A DNA stretch of 64,000 nucleotides from Capsulimonadaceae bacterium (GCA_965215505.1 OZ244065.1:480001-544000); one strand, 5' to 3'. Positions 1 through 8,915 are shown, counted from the stretch's first letter. The notes: generated by a model from the letters alone, not told the origin. Numbers and translations: made by a program.

Positions 1-1028
1 ACGCTGAGGGAGGCGATGACCAGCGCGTCCTGGCCGGGCGAGCGGTGCCGCCGCGCCCGCAGGGGTCCCGCCTGCGGAGTCCGCGCCCGCCGGAGCCGGC
101 CCAGGCCCAGGCAGACGAACGACGCCAGGGCGGCGACGTACAGCCCCAGCCCGACCAGGCCGGTTTCGGCCGCCGTTTGCAGGTATAGGTCGTGGGCCTC
201 CTCCGACAGCGAGGGGCGCTCCGAGGGCAGGAGAGGGCTGCCGGCCCGTGTCCACGCCCACTGCGCGCCGGGATAGCGGCCCAGGCCGATCCCGGCCAGC
301 GGGTGTGCCGCCGCCAGCCGCGATGCGCCGCGCCAGAGCGTGAGCCGCTCCTGCCAGCTCTTGTCCACACCGAGCGCCGAGAGGGTGCCGACCCGCGCCG
401 TCATCGGCGCGCGCAGGTCCGCGGGCGTGAGGAGCAGCCAGAGCGCCAGTCCGGCCACGGCCAGCGCCGCCGCCGCCAGGAGAATGGCCCGGCCCATGCG
501 CCGGCGGCTGCCGGCGCGGAAGAGCCACAGGCAGCCGAATACCAGGGTGGCGGCCAGAGCGCCCGCCCAGGCGCTCCGCGTCTGGCTCAGGGCCAGGCAG
601 AGCGCGCCGCCGCCCGCCACCGCGAGGCTCCCCAGCCGCCAGCGCGGGTCCCGCGCGGTCAGGGCGACGGCCACGACCGGCGGCAAAAGCAGCAGCAGGA
701 CGCTCCCATAGATCTGATGGTCCCGGTACGGCCCGGTCAGGCCGCCCCCGCCCGGATGCAGGCCGTCCGCGATACCCAGCAGCGCGAGCGCCCCGGCCAG
801 CGTGACGGCGAACCGGGCGGCGAGCTTGGTGTGCCGGAAGAACGCACCCAGGGCGAGCGCCAGCCCGATCCCCGCGCCCCAGCGCAGCGTCTCGGTCAGC
901 GCGGCCCGCGCCCAGGGCGTCCCCAGGCTGCGCCCCGCCGACAGCAGGAGCCAGAACAGCAGGCCCAGGAGCCAGAACTCCGGGCGCGTGACGGCGGCGA
1001 CGATGCTTCGGACAATCCTTTGCCTCAT
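1..1028 (-). CDS. O-antigen ligase (RfaL/Wzy_C) family membrane protein, runs off the left window edge
   Basis: Not in ORF track. Manual translation from ATG 1028 (RBS GGAGGG): MRQRIVRSIV..., many TM helices, SQTRSAW, ERLTLWRGA..HPLAGIGLG and EEAHDLYLQTAAETGLVG motifs. Confidence 0.8.
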   Translation of the reverse strand, partial: MRQRIVRSIVAAVTRPEFWLLGLLFWLLLSAGRSLGTPWARAALTETLRWGAGIGLALALGAFFRHTKLAARFAVTLAGALALLGIADGLHPGGGGLTGPYRDHQIYGSVLLLLLPPVVAVALTARDPRWRLGSLAVAGGGALCLALSQTRSAWAGALAATLVFGCLWLFRAGSRRRMGRAILLAAAALAVAGLALWLLLTPADLRAPMTARVGTLSALGVDKSWQERLTLWRGASRLAAAHPLAGIGLGRYPGAQWAWTRAGSPLLPSERPSLSEEAHDLYLQTAAETGLVGLGLYVAALASFVCLGLGRLRRARTPQAGPLRARRHRSPGQDALVIASLS

Positions 1029-1179
1029 GGTGATCCCTCCCTAGAACGTCATTCAGTTGTGTGATCAGAAGTGTGTGGCGATGAAAACGTGCGAGAGTGT
1101 GCGGAAAATGTCGCCGGCGCGCGTCCGTGAGTGGGGGTGGCTTCCTGCCAATTTCCCCGCCGGTCGAAGAGTCTTCTTC

Positions 1180-1208
1180 ATTCTAGCACGACCCCGCCTG
1201 CTTGTCAA
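1180..1208 (-). promoter_or_regulatory. sigma70-type promoter for the O-antigen ligase gene
   Basis: TTGACA (1208-1203), 17 bp, TG-extended TAGAAT (1185-1180). Confidence 0.65.
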
Positions 1209-1252
1209 GGGGAAAACAAGGAATCTCGCCCCCTCTTCGCGAACGGGGCCGC

Positions 1253-2161
1253 ATGACCCCCAATGCCCCCCCGACAAGCGTCCTCACCGCGAGCGCCCTC
1301 TGGCGCGCGACCCGCGCCTACTCGTTCCCCGCGAGCGTCATCCCCGTCCTGCTGGGGACGGCCCTGGCCGCGCGGGGGTACGCCTACCCCGGCCACACCC
1401 ATTTCGACGGGCCGGCCTTCGCCCTGACTCTGGTGGGTGCGGTCCTGGCGCACTTCGGCGCGAACGTCCTCAACGACTACTTCGACTTCGTGAACGGCGT
1501 AGACACGCGGCCCGAACACGGCAGCGGCGTCCTCACGGGCGGGCTGATGTCCGCCCGCCAGGCGCTGGCCTTCGGCGCGGCCCTGATGGCCGGGGCCGCC
1601 GCCTGCGGCCTGCTGCTCCTGCCCGGCCACGCCGCCGCCGTCCTGCCGCTGGCCCTGGTCGGCCTGGGCTGCGCCGTCCTGTACCCCGCCGTCCTGAAGC
1701 GCTACGCCCTGGGCGACTTCCTGATCATCCTCGCCTTCGGCCTGGGGCTGACGCTCGGCGCTTACGCGGTGCAGCAGAGTGGCGCGCTGTCCGCGCGCCA
1801 GTGGCTCCTGGTTTCGCTGTATGCCGTCCCCGTCTGCCTCTTGGTGGATGCGATCCTGCACGCCAACAACCTGCGGGACGCCCCGGACGACCGCGCCGCC
1901 CACGTCCGCACCCTGGCGACCCTGCTGACGCCCGGAGCAGGCCAGGCGCTCCAGGTTTTCCTGCTCTTCGGGCCGGTCGCCTTCGCCGTGGGCGGCGTTC
2001 TATTTCACCTGCTCCCGGTCTGGAGCCTGACGACCCTGCTCGCCGTGCCCCTGCTGGTCAGCGCCTATAAAACGGGCAGCGTGCCCGGCACGGCGCAGAC
2101 GCACCTCCTCTTCGGCCTGCTCTACACGGCCTCGCTCCTGTTCAAACCCGTCTTCGTCTGA
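1253..2161 (+). CDS. menA: UbiA-family prenyltransferase, MenA-like (1,4-dihydroxy-2-naphthoate prenyltransferase)
   Basis: NVLNDYFDFVNGVD and HANNLRDAPDD..RTLA Asp-rich motifs; polytopic membrane protein; ATG 1253. Confidence 0.75.
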   Translation: MTPNAPPTSVLTASALWRATRAYSFPASVIPVLLGTALAARGYAYPGHTHFDGPAFALTLVGAVLAHFGANVLNDYFDFVNGVDTRPEHGSGVLTGGLMSARQALAFGAALMAGAAACGLLLLPGHAAAVLPLALVGLGCAVLYPAVLKRYALGDFLIILAFGLGLTLGAYAVQQSGALSARQWLLVSLYAVPVCLLVDAILHANNLRDAPDDRAAHVRTLATLLTPGAGQALQVFLLFGPVAFAVGGVLFHLLPVWSLTTLLAVPLLVSAYKTGSVPGTAQTHLLFGLLYTASLLFKPVFV

Positions 2162-2543
2162 GCGCGACTTCGAGCAGGGCGGCCAGGGCTACGCCGATGA
2201 CATAGCAGAGGAGGTTGGAGGCGCTGAAGCCGACGCCGAAGACGAGCGCCCCCGCCCGGCTGTGCCGGGCGGCCACCAGCCAGGGGGTCTGCGCGAACTT
2301 CAAGGCCTCGATCCCGAAGCAGAACAGCGTCGCGGCCAGTGCGGCGTAGAGGGTGGAACGGCGCGGGAAGAGGAAGCCGACCAGCCAGAAGGCCATGGTC
2401 GCATACAGCGCGTCCCCGGCGTTCTTCGCCAGCCACGGCGGCAGGAAGGCCGAGAACTTGCGCGAGGTGAGGCCGAGGGCGATGGTCAGCGCGATGAGGA
2501 GGGCGTAGGCGCGGCGGCTGCGCGGCGTTTTCAGGATGCTCAC
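2142..2543 (-). CDS. DUF2809 family membrane protein
   Basis: GLTSR...AGDALYA...IEALK...GALVFGVGFS..NLLCY pattern; GTG start overlaps the PIN gene stop (GTGA). Confidence 0.75.
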   Translation of the reverse strand: MSILKTPRSRRAYALLIALTIALGLTSRKFSAFLPPWLAKNAGDALYATMAFWLVGFLFPRRSTLYAALAATLFCFGIEALKFAQTPWLVAARHSRAGALVFGVGFSASNLLCYVIGVALAALLEVALRRRRV

Positions 2544-2923
2544 CAGAGGCGGGTGATGCCGTAGGCATCGAAAGCCTTGTCGGCGCTGACCACGGCCATG
2601 TTTTCCGTGATGCTCTGCGCGATGATGAGCCGGTCGAACGGGCCGCGGTGGTGAAACGGGAGCCTGGAAACCAGAGCCAGGTGTGCCATCTTGATTGGCA
2701 ATAGTTGGATGTTGTTGCGCGCGATCTGTTCCGCCACGAAATCCTCCACAGGTGCGGGGAAGACCAGTTTGCCCGTGCCGACCTTGATCGCCATCTCCCA
2801 TACGCTCGCGAGGCTCAGTGAAACATCGTCTTCCGTCTCAATGCGGTTTTTCGCCGCGGTACTTAACTGAGGCGCGTCGAAGACGAACCAGATGAACGTG
2901 TGAGTGTCCAGTAGAGACATCAC
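2540..2923 (-). CDS. vapC: PIN-domain (VapC-type) toxin
   Basis: LLDTHTFIW, SLASVWEMAIK, HHRGPFDRLIIAQS, VVSADKAF. Confidence 0.9.
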   Translation of the reverse strand: MMSLLDTHTFIWFVFDAPQLSTAAKNRIETEDDVSLSLASVWEMAIKVGTGKLVFPAPVEDFVAEQIARNNIQLLPIKMAHLALVSRLPFHHRGPFDRLIIAQSITENMAVVSADKAFDAYGITRLW

Positions 2924-3231
2924 ATGTATTCCTTGAAGTCTTCGAGCGGCGCGTCGAAATCTTCCGACATCCAGTAGGCCCCCTGCGCCGTCCCGGCACT
3001 CCGTTTTGGCGGCTGCTTCTCCTGCGCGTCAGTGATAGGCTCATCGAAGTCAGGCAACAGGCTAAACATCCCCTTCGCGCTGCCGAACTGCGGGCGTGGC
3101 TTCTCGGCGGGCTGCTTGTTCTCCCGCTCGAACTCCGTCAGCGTTTGCAGCAGGCGTGCCGCGACGGCGTCCTGCTCGGCGTCGGGCAGGGGGGAGACTT
3201 GGGCCAGGACTTTTTCCAAGAGCGCGGTCAT
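2920..3231 (-). CDS. DUF2281-like antitoxin with duplicated C-terminal motif
   Basis: Directly upstream of and overlapping the PIN gene; FGSAKG..PDFDEP and AGTAQG..SEDFDAPLEDFKEYM; RBS GGAGGT. Confidence 0.8.
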   Translation of the reverse strand: MTALLEKVLAQVSPLPDAEQDAVAARLLQTLTEFERENKQPAEKPRPQFGSAKGMFSLLPDFDEPITDAQEKQPPKRSAGTAQGAYWMSEDFDAPLEDFKEYM

Positions 3232-3356
3232 TCGTTGTCACCTCCGGTCGTACTGCTATTCTACCTGAATGCACAACAAACACGCCTCCCCCGCGCGGCA
3301 GCGCCGGCGGCCCCTGACGTAAAGAGCGTAAAATACTTGCATTCTGCTCACAACAC

Positions 3357-3425
3357 TTGTCAAATGTCTCATTTGGTGCTATAATGACGGCTGAGGCCGA
3401 ACATCTGTTGCCGAACGGATGTGCC
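3357..3425 (+). promoter_or_regulatory. lexA promoter with tandem Cheo-like LexA boxes
   Basis: TTGTCA (3357), 17 bp, TGcTATAAT (3380-3385); CGAACatctGTTGC (3398-3411) and CGAACggatGTGCC (3412-3425). Confidence 0.7.
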
Positions 3426-3465
3426 TTGTCATTCTTTTCGACCCGCGAGGGGAGGGAACAGAGCC

Positions 3466-4089
3466 ATGCAAAAACCAATTTCCAGCCGCCAGCAGCAAAT
3501 ATTACGTTACATCCAGCAGCACATGGACGCCCACGGCTACCCGCCGACCGTCCGCGAGATCGGGAGCGCCGTCAGCCTGTCGTCGTCGTCCACGGTCCAC
3601 GCGCACCTGAAGTCGCTGCAAGAGCAGGGACACATCGAGCGAGACGCCGTGCTGACGCGGGCGATCAAGCTGACGGGGACGGGCGGCGATGAGGGCCGGC
3701 CGCCGGTCAAGTCGTTCATCCAGATGCCGATCATCGGGACTGTCGCGGCGGGCAAGCCGCGTCTGGCCGTGGAGGACGTCGAAGACGTCTTCCCGCTGCC
3801 CTCGGACTTCATCTCCGGCGACGGGTTCATGCTGCGCGTCATAGGGGACAGCATGATCGAGGACGGCATCCACGAGGGCGACCTGGTCGTCGTGCGCCGC
3901 CAGCAGACCGCCGACAACGGCGAAACGGTGGTCGCCATGATTGACAACGAGGCGACCGTCAAGCGGTTCTACAAGGAGAAGTCGCGGATTCGCTTGCAGC
4001 CCGCCAACAAGCGGATGAAGCCCATGTACTTCGACAACGTGGATATCGCCGGCAAGGTCGTGGGGCTGGTCCGGCACCTCGCCTGGTAA
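3466..4089 (+). CDS. lexA: LexA SOS repressor
   Basis: GYPPTVREIG winged HTH, VAAG cleavage site, GDSM Ser and TVKR Lys; RBS GGAGGG. Confidence 0.97.
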   Translation: MQKPISSRQQQILRYIQQHMDAHGYPPTVREIGSAVSLSSSSTVHAHLKSLQEQGHIERDAVLTRAIKLTGTGGDEGRPPVKSFIQMPIIGTVAAGKPRLAVEDVEDVFPLPSDFISGDGFMLRVIGDSMIEDGIHEGDLVVVRRQQTADNGETVVAMIDNEATVKRFYKEKSRIRLQPANKRMKPMYFDNVDIAGKVVGLVRHLAW

Positions 4090-4105
4090 GCGAAAGGAAC
4101 ACAGG

Positions 4106-4567
4106 ATGCCACACATCGAGAACCATGCCGAGATCAATGCACCCCTGGAAGCGGTCTTCGTACTGGCGCGGGATCAGGAAGCTTTCCCGCGGTTCATGCC
4201 GGACGTGGAGAGCGTGACGGTGGCGGAGCGGAGCGCGGACGGCAGCCGGGTGGTGACGGACTGGGTGGCGGTGGCCTCCGACTTCAAGCTGAAGGTGCGC
4301 TGGACCGAGGAAGACGTTTGGGACGAGGCCGCGCACACCTGCCGCTTCACGCAGCTCAAGGGCGACTACACCGCCTACGGCGGCCTGTGGACGTTCACGG
4401 CGGACGGGCCGAACCTGACGCGCTTCCAGTCCGAGATTGATTACGAGCTGGACATCCCACTCATCGGCCCGCTGCTCAAGGCCGTCGTCGCGCGGCTGAT
4501 GCGGGACAACACGCAGAAGATTCTGGAGGCCATCAAGGCGCGTGCCGAGCAACCTTCGCCGGGCTGA
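4106..4567 (+). CDS. SRPBCC/polyketide cyclase (Coq10/RatA-like) protein
   Basis: AEINAP..VF..ARD...FPRFMPDV, GDY....GLWTF, C-terminal helix ..IKARAE. Confidence 0.85.
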   Translation: MPHIENHAEINAPLEAVFVLARDQEAFPRFMPDVESVTVAERSADGSRVVTDWVAVASDFKLKVRWTEEDVWDEAAHTCRFTQLKGDYTAYGGLWTFTADGPNLTRFQSEIDYELDIPLIGPLLKAVVARLMRDNTQKILEAIKARAEQPSPG

Positions 4568-5801
4568 CTGCGGCGTCCGAGCCGATCTGGACGCCGACGT
4601 AGTAGTGCTTCAGTATCTCCCGATATGTCTTCCGGTAGGGCGGCCCGGCCATCGCCACCGCGCCGTCCTGCGACATCCCCAGCCCATGCCCCCAGCCCTT
4701 GCCGTCGAACCGGTAGTCCCCTTCCGGGGTGCGCGTCAGCGCCACCCGCGTACTCCGCAGGCTGTCATACCCCAATATTTGCCTTAGCTGTGGGCCGGTC
4801 ACGGTCCGCAGGGTGCCGTCCGCCCCGGCGACGGTCGCCGTCGTGATGCGGCCCGAGGCGTCCAGGCCGTCCAGTGTCAGGGAGACGAACCGGCTGACCC
4901 GCGTGCGTGGGTCACGCGCCAATGCCTGCGCCAGTTGGGCCTGCGTCCAGGTCTGCGTCCAGGTGTGGTAGCGTCCGGTGGCCGAATAATCCAGCCCGTC
5001 TTTCTCGTCCGCGTCCCGCACCGCCTGGAGGTAAGGGCAGTCCCCGCCGTCGTCGCAGGCCGTCATGCCGCCGCTGTCGGTGGAGTAGGGGGCGTCGATC
5101 ATCCGGCCCTTATATGTCAGCACCTGCCCGCGCGTGTCGTCCACGGCGGCGTTGGAAGCGGCCGTTTCGCCGTCCAGGCCCTCATACCCCTCGCAACGCG
5201 TCGTGTCGTCCAGGTCGAAGCCGTCCTGGAGGCACTTGCCCCGGTTCTTCAGGGCATAAGTCCGGGCCGCGACCGCCTGCGCCTTCATGGCCTCCATGGG
5301 AACCTTCGTGCCGATCTCGGCGGGCAAGACCCCATACAGGTACGACTCCAGCGCGACCGTGTTGACGACCCGCAGCGTGCCGTTCGCCTCACGCCGCACC
5401 GTCAGGAAGCCCCGATAGCGGTGCCAGGGGGTGTCTCTCAGGCCGGGAGTGCAGTCGTCCATCCGCGCGACTCTGAGGAAGCCCCCCTGCCCCGGCATGA
5501 CATTGATAGCCGCACTGCCGTCGGCGACGGCAGTGTCGTTTGGACCTTCCACCCGTGCTAGGGCGACCCCCGTCGGAGACACCGTCATCTTGTAGATGCT
5601 TTTCCCCGCCCCGTGTGCCAGGGCGCGGCGTGTCAGGGCGTCGGTGAGGGAGAAGGGCCGGTCAGACGAGAGCAGTAGGATCGTGGAATGGCGGAAAGAG
5701 TGATCCAGCCCGACGCGGAGGGCACCCGGCGGCACGTCAGCGGCCAGAACGGGAACGATGGGGGCAAAGGCAAGCAGGGTGAGGGCGAGAAGGGGGCGCA
5801 T
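4533..5801 (-). CDS. SpoIID/LytB-domain protein (secreted)
   Basis: LESYLYGVLPAEI, EAMKAQAVAARTYA, GKGWGHGLGMSQDGA, ILKHYY; signal peptide; RBS GGAGG. Confidence 0.9.
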   Translation of the reverse strand: MRPLLALTLLAFAPIVPVLAADVPPGALRVGLDHSFRHSTILLLSSDRPFSLTDALTRRALAHGAGKSIYKMTVSPTGVALARVEGPNDTAVADGSAAINVMPGQGGFLRVARMDDCTPGLRDTPWHRYRGFLTVRREANGTLRVVNTVALESYLYGVLPAEIGTKVPMEAMKAQAVAARTYALKNRGKCLQDGFDLDDTTRCEGYEGLDGETAASNAAVDDTRGQVLTYKGRMIDAPYSTDSGGMTACDDGGDCPYLQAVRDADEKDGLDYSATGRYHTWTQTWTQAQLAQALARDPRTRVSRFVSLTLDGLDASGRITTATVAGADGTLRTVTGPQLRQILGYDSLRSTRVALTRTPEGDYRFDGKGWGHGLGMSQDGAVAMAGPPYRKTYREILKHYYVGVQIGSDAAVSPAKVARHAP

Positions 5802-5841
5802 TCTTCCTCCGAGGGGCGAGGCGGTCAGACACATACGACAA

Positions 5842-5865
5842 CAGCCCAGGAGGAACCCTGAGCTG
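5842..5865 (-). terminator. Hairpin downstream of tRNA-Pro (weak terminator)
   Basis: CAGCTCAGG-loop-CCTGGGCTG followed by a short T-rich tail. Confidence 0.4.
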
Positions 5866-5889
5866 CGAAGTCAACTATGAATAGTTAGG

Positions 5890-5966
5890 TGGTCGGGGTG
5901 ACAGGACTTGAACCTGCGACCTCTCAGTCCCGAACCGAGCGCTCTACCAAACTGAGCTACACCCCG
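5890..5966 (-). tRNA. tRNA-Pro (CGG)
   Basis: CGGGGTGTAGCTCAGTTTGGTAGAGCGCTCGGTTCGGGACTGAGAGGTCGCAGGTTCAAGTCCTGTCACCCCGACCA; 77 nt cloverleaf with encoded CCA. Confidence 0.97.
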
Positions 5967-6011
5967 TTGTGCCGTCCGACGGATGACGTTTTTCTCATCG
6001 GGTGCGGGGAT

Positions 6012-6041
6012 ATGATAACCCATTTCTCCCCCATCTGTCAA
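6012..6041 (-). promoter_or_regulatory. tRNA-Pro promoter
   Basis: TTGACA-N18-TATCAT on the minus strand. Confidence 0.6.
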
Positions 6042-6112
6042 GCCTTTGGGCGGGAGGATTCAAGATAAACCGCTGACACGCCGAAAATTGGGGCAGAAAG
6101 GGTCCTACCCCC

Positions 6113-6568
6113 ATGCGATGCTCCACGTTTTTCCTGCTCCCCGCAGCCTCCCTCGTCAGGCTGTACGCCGGCCAGACCCTCGCCCCGACGGCCCGCGCCC
6201 AGCCGGCCTCAGCCCCGCTGGCCTACCGGGTCAGGCTGGACTGGCAGAAGGCCGAGCCGGTCCCCGGCGGCCTGGTCATCCGGGGGCGCATCACCAACAC
6301 GGGCACGACGCCGCTGACCTACACGCAGGTCACGCCGACGTTTTTGAACCACGCGGGGACGGAAGTCTTCAGGGGCAGCGGCTATCTCACGGCCAGCCCA
6401 CTGCCGCCGGGCCGGTCCGCGGAGTTCCGCGCCTTCGAGACTTCAGCCCCTCGGTTCGCCGGGCTGCGGATGCTGTTCCGTGAGGCGGGGCACCCGGTAC
6501 TGGTGGACGGGCCGTACCCGTCGGCGGGACCAAAGGCGCTGCCCGCGAGGACGGCGCAGGCGTTATAG
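6113..6568 (+). CDS. FxLYD-domain (Ig-like) exported protein
   Basis: VIRGRITNTG..LTYTQV...FLNHAG.EV...LPPGRSAEF pattern; hydrophobic N-terminus. Confidence 0.65.
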   Translation: MRCSTFFLLPAASLVRLYAGQTLAPTARAQPASAPLAYRVRLDWQKAEPVPGGLVIRGRITNTGTTPLTYTQVTPTFLNHAGTEVFRGSGYLTASPLPPGRSAEFRAFETSAPRFAGLRMLFREAGHPVLVDGPYPSAGPKALPARTAQAL

Positions 6569-6606
6569 GCGGGCAAGTACCGCCCGCTTTCGGCTATAAT
6601 GGGGAC

Positions 6607-6945
6607 ATGACTTACGCCCGGTTCCTGCTGGTCTTCCTCGCCGTCCCCATCCTCCTTCTCCTCCTGCTGGTGCGCGGGCGACTGCGCGGGCGGCATTACG
6701 TCTCCTGCGCCCTGGTCTGCGGCCTGGCGTTCGTCTACACCTCGCCGTGGGACAACCACGCCGCGAAGACGAGGCTGTGGACGTTTGAACCGGCCTTCGC
6801 CCCGCCCAGCCACTTCGTCTTCTACCTGCCCTGGGAGGAGTATGCGTTTTACTTCGCCCAGGGCATCCTGATGTGCCTGCTGCTGGTCGCCCTGGCGCGT
6901 CGCCTGCGCCCTCGCGCGGATGAGAACGTCGGCGTAGACCTATGA
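6607..6945 (+). CDS. Lycopene cyclase domain protein (heterodimeric CrtYc/CrtYd-type subunit)
   Basis: MTYARFLLVF, YTSPWDN...LWTF, LPWEEYAFY. Confidence 0.85.
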   Translation: MTYARFLLVFLAVPILLLLLLVRGRLRGRHYVSCALVCGLAFVYTSPWDNHAAKTRLWTFEPAFAPPSHFVFYLPWEEYAFYFAQGILMCLLLVALARRLRPRADENVGVDL

Positions 6946-7277
6946 TGCACTGGACATATCTCTTCTATGAGCTGGCCTGGGCGCTGCCCGTCATCGCCGT
7001 CCAGTGGGCGGCGGCCTGGCGGGAGCTTTGGCGGTGGCGGCGGTTGCTTGCGGCGGCAGTCATGATCGCGACGCTGTATTTGGGGGCGTGTGATGCGTTC
7101 GCGCTCGGGCACGGCATCTGGCGGGTAGACCCGGCGCGCGTCGTGGGCCTCTACGCCGGCTCACTGCCGCTGGAGGAGTTCGTCTTCTACTTCGTGACCA
7201 ACATCATGGCCGCGCAGGGGTTCGTGATGATCGCCGGATTCCTGCGGGAGCGGGGAAAGCGGGCGGGGGCAGGCTGA
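6942..7277 (+). CDS. Lycopene cyclase domain protein (second subunit)
   Basis: TLYL..CDAFALGHGIW, LPLEEFVFY; overlaps previous stop. Confidence 0.85.
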   Translation: MMHWTYLFYELAWALPVIAVQWAAAWRELWRWRRLLAAAVMIATLYLGACDAFALGHGIWRVDPARVVGLYAGSLPLEEFVFYFVTNIMAAQGFVMIAGFLRERGKRAGAG

Positions 7278-7301
7278 ACGACCTGCCCCGCCCGATCTCG
7301 G

Positions 7302-8129
7302 TCAGGCCTCAGTCACAGGATACTGGACCTCGGTGACGTAGGCGCTCGGGTCGCCGTCGCGCTCGTATTGGAGGTAGACCTCGCGGCTCGGCCCGCAGAT
7401 GCGGCGGCCGTTGGCCTTGGTCCAGCGAACGATGGCCTCATGAGCCTGCCCGATTCCCCGGAACGGGCCGCGATGGATGGCCGAAGCCATCGTCTCGACT
7501 GCGGGCAGGTGAGAAACCTTGACGCGCTCACTGTCGGGGATCGGCGCGACGATGGGGAAGGCGGCCTCGACCGCCATGTCGGCGCCGCTCGGCGGCCCGT
7601 CCTCGTGCCATAGGTCGAAGCCGGGGCCGGCGATGACCGCCCCCTGGCTCGTGGCGTAGCCGTACACCTCATCGAAGAGGCGATTGAAGGTCGGCGTGAC
7701 CTGCTCCCAATCCGGGATGGTGTCGCGCACAGAGGCGACCAGCAGCGGCTCCACTTTCTTGAGCCGGATGTCGTAATCGGGCATGGTGTTCTCCTGTTCG
7801 AGTTGTCGAAGCCGCGTTTCCACCCGCGCCAGGCGCGCTTGTTCCTCCGCTATCCGTCGCTGCATCTCCGCCTGTTTGTCCCGGAGCAGGCGGGTCATTT
7901 CCGCCGGCGGCAGGTTCCGGCGCAGCAGGCCCGCGATCTCGTCCAGCGAGAACCCCAGGTCCCTCAAGGCGAGGATGCGGTACAGGCGGGGGAGCTGTTC
8001 CAGAGTGTAGTAGCGATACCCGCTCCAGTCGTCCACATAGGCCGGCGCGAGCAGGCCGATGTCGTCGTAGTGCCGGAGCGTCTTGACCGAAACTTCACTG
8101 AGGCGGGCAAAGACACCGATGCGGACCAT
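7302..8129 (-). CDS. MerR-family regulator with GyrI-like effector domain (BmrR-like)
   Basis: IGVFARLSEVSVKTLRHYDDIGLL..GYRYY, C-terminal HRGPF..SREVYL..TEVQYPV; RBS AGGAG. Confidence 0.92.
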   Translation of the reverse strand: MVRIGVFARLSEVSVKTLRHYDDIGLLAPAYVDDWSGYRYYTLEQLPRLYRILALRDLGFSLDEIAGLLRRNLPPAEMTRLLRDKQAEMQRRIAEEQARLARVETRLRQLEQENTMPDYDIRLKKVEPLLVASVRDTIPDWEQVTPTFNRLFDEVYGYATSQGAVIAGPGFDLWHEDGPPSGADMAVEAAFPIVAPIPDSERVKVSHLPAVETMASAIHRGPFRGIGQAHEAIVRWTKANGRRICGPSREVYLQYERDGDPSAYVTEVQYPVTEA

Positions 8130-8168
8130 AAGTGGCTCCTGTTTTGGGTGGTACACGGCTTCAGATAC

Positions 8169-8199
8169 AGGATACACCCTCCGGTAACGGGAGAGTCAG
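8169..8199 (-). promoter_or_regulatory. MerR-type promoter/operator with 19-bp spacer
   Basis: CTGACT-19 bp-TATCCT, with dyad CTCTCCCG-TTA-CCGGAGGG across the -35 and spacer. Confidence 0.7.
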
Positions 8200-8915
8200 T
8201 CGGTCAGGAGAAAAGAATGTAATTCGGAAAGCGCGCGCACTTCGCCGCCGGTCGGGGCGGGCGCGTGCATGGGTAGGGGGTGGCCGTGGGGGTTGAACCA
8301 AAAGGCGGTGATGCCGACGGCCAGAGCGCCCGCGATGTCGTTGACGGGGTTGTCGCCGACCATGGCGGCCTCGTCGGCGGTGCAGCCGGCCAACGCCAAG
8401 GCATGATGGAATATGGCCGGGTCCGGTTTCGCCATTCCCACGGCGTCCGAGATGAGGGTGTGATCGAAGTGTTCTTCCAGCCCGAGCAGGGCGATCCGCT
8501 CGATATGTGTGGACTGGAGGCCGTTCGTGATGAGCGTCAGCGTCACACCCGCCGCGCGTAGGGCGGCCAGCAGTGGGAGTGCATCCGGGAAGAGGGCGAT
8601 GCCGGTGGCGCGGCGGCGACCATAGTCGCGGGCCAGTTCTTCGGCAAGGGCGGCGTCGGCATGACCGAAGGCGTCCAGTGTGGCGAGCCAGTGGGCGGCG
8701 CGGATGGCGAGGATCGGGCGGGTTTCGCGGGTCGGGTCCATCGCGCGCCAGTAAACGTCGGAGTGGTCGAGGAAATAGTCGGTGACAGCGTCCGGGTCCA
8801 AGTCAGGCCGCTCCTGTGAGGCGAGAGCGGCGGTCGCCGCCGCCGAGACGCGCCAGGAACCGGAGTCGTCATAGAGGGTGTCGTCGAGGTCGAAAAAGAC
8901 GGCGCGGTAAGGCAT
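8196..8915 (-). CDS. HAD-superfamily hydrolase (subfamily IA)
   Basis: FFDLDDTL, ITNG, KPDP, MVGDNPVNDI motifs. Confidence 0.9.
   Translation of the reverse strand: MPYRAVFFDLDDTLYDDSGSWRVSAAATAALASQERPDLDPDAVTDYFLDHSDVYWRAMDPTRETRPILAIRAAHWLATLDAFGHADAALAEELARDYGRRRATGIALFPDALPLLAALRAAGVTLTLITNGLQSTHIERIALLGLEEHFDHTLISDAVGMAKPDPAIFHHALALAGCTADEAAMVGDNPVNDIAGALAVGITAFWFNPHGHPLPMHAPAPTGGEVRALSELHSFLLTD

Noticed and set aside
192-1064. Plus-strand ORFs at the window start
   Set aside because: The real gene is the minus-strand O-antigen ligase, missing from the track because it runs off the edge
5890-5966. tRNA-Pro as an island integration site
   Set aside because: No integrase and no duplicated tRNA 3' end seen in the window
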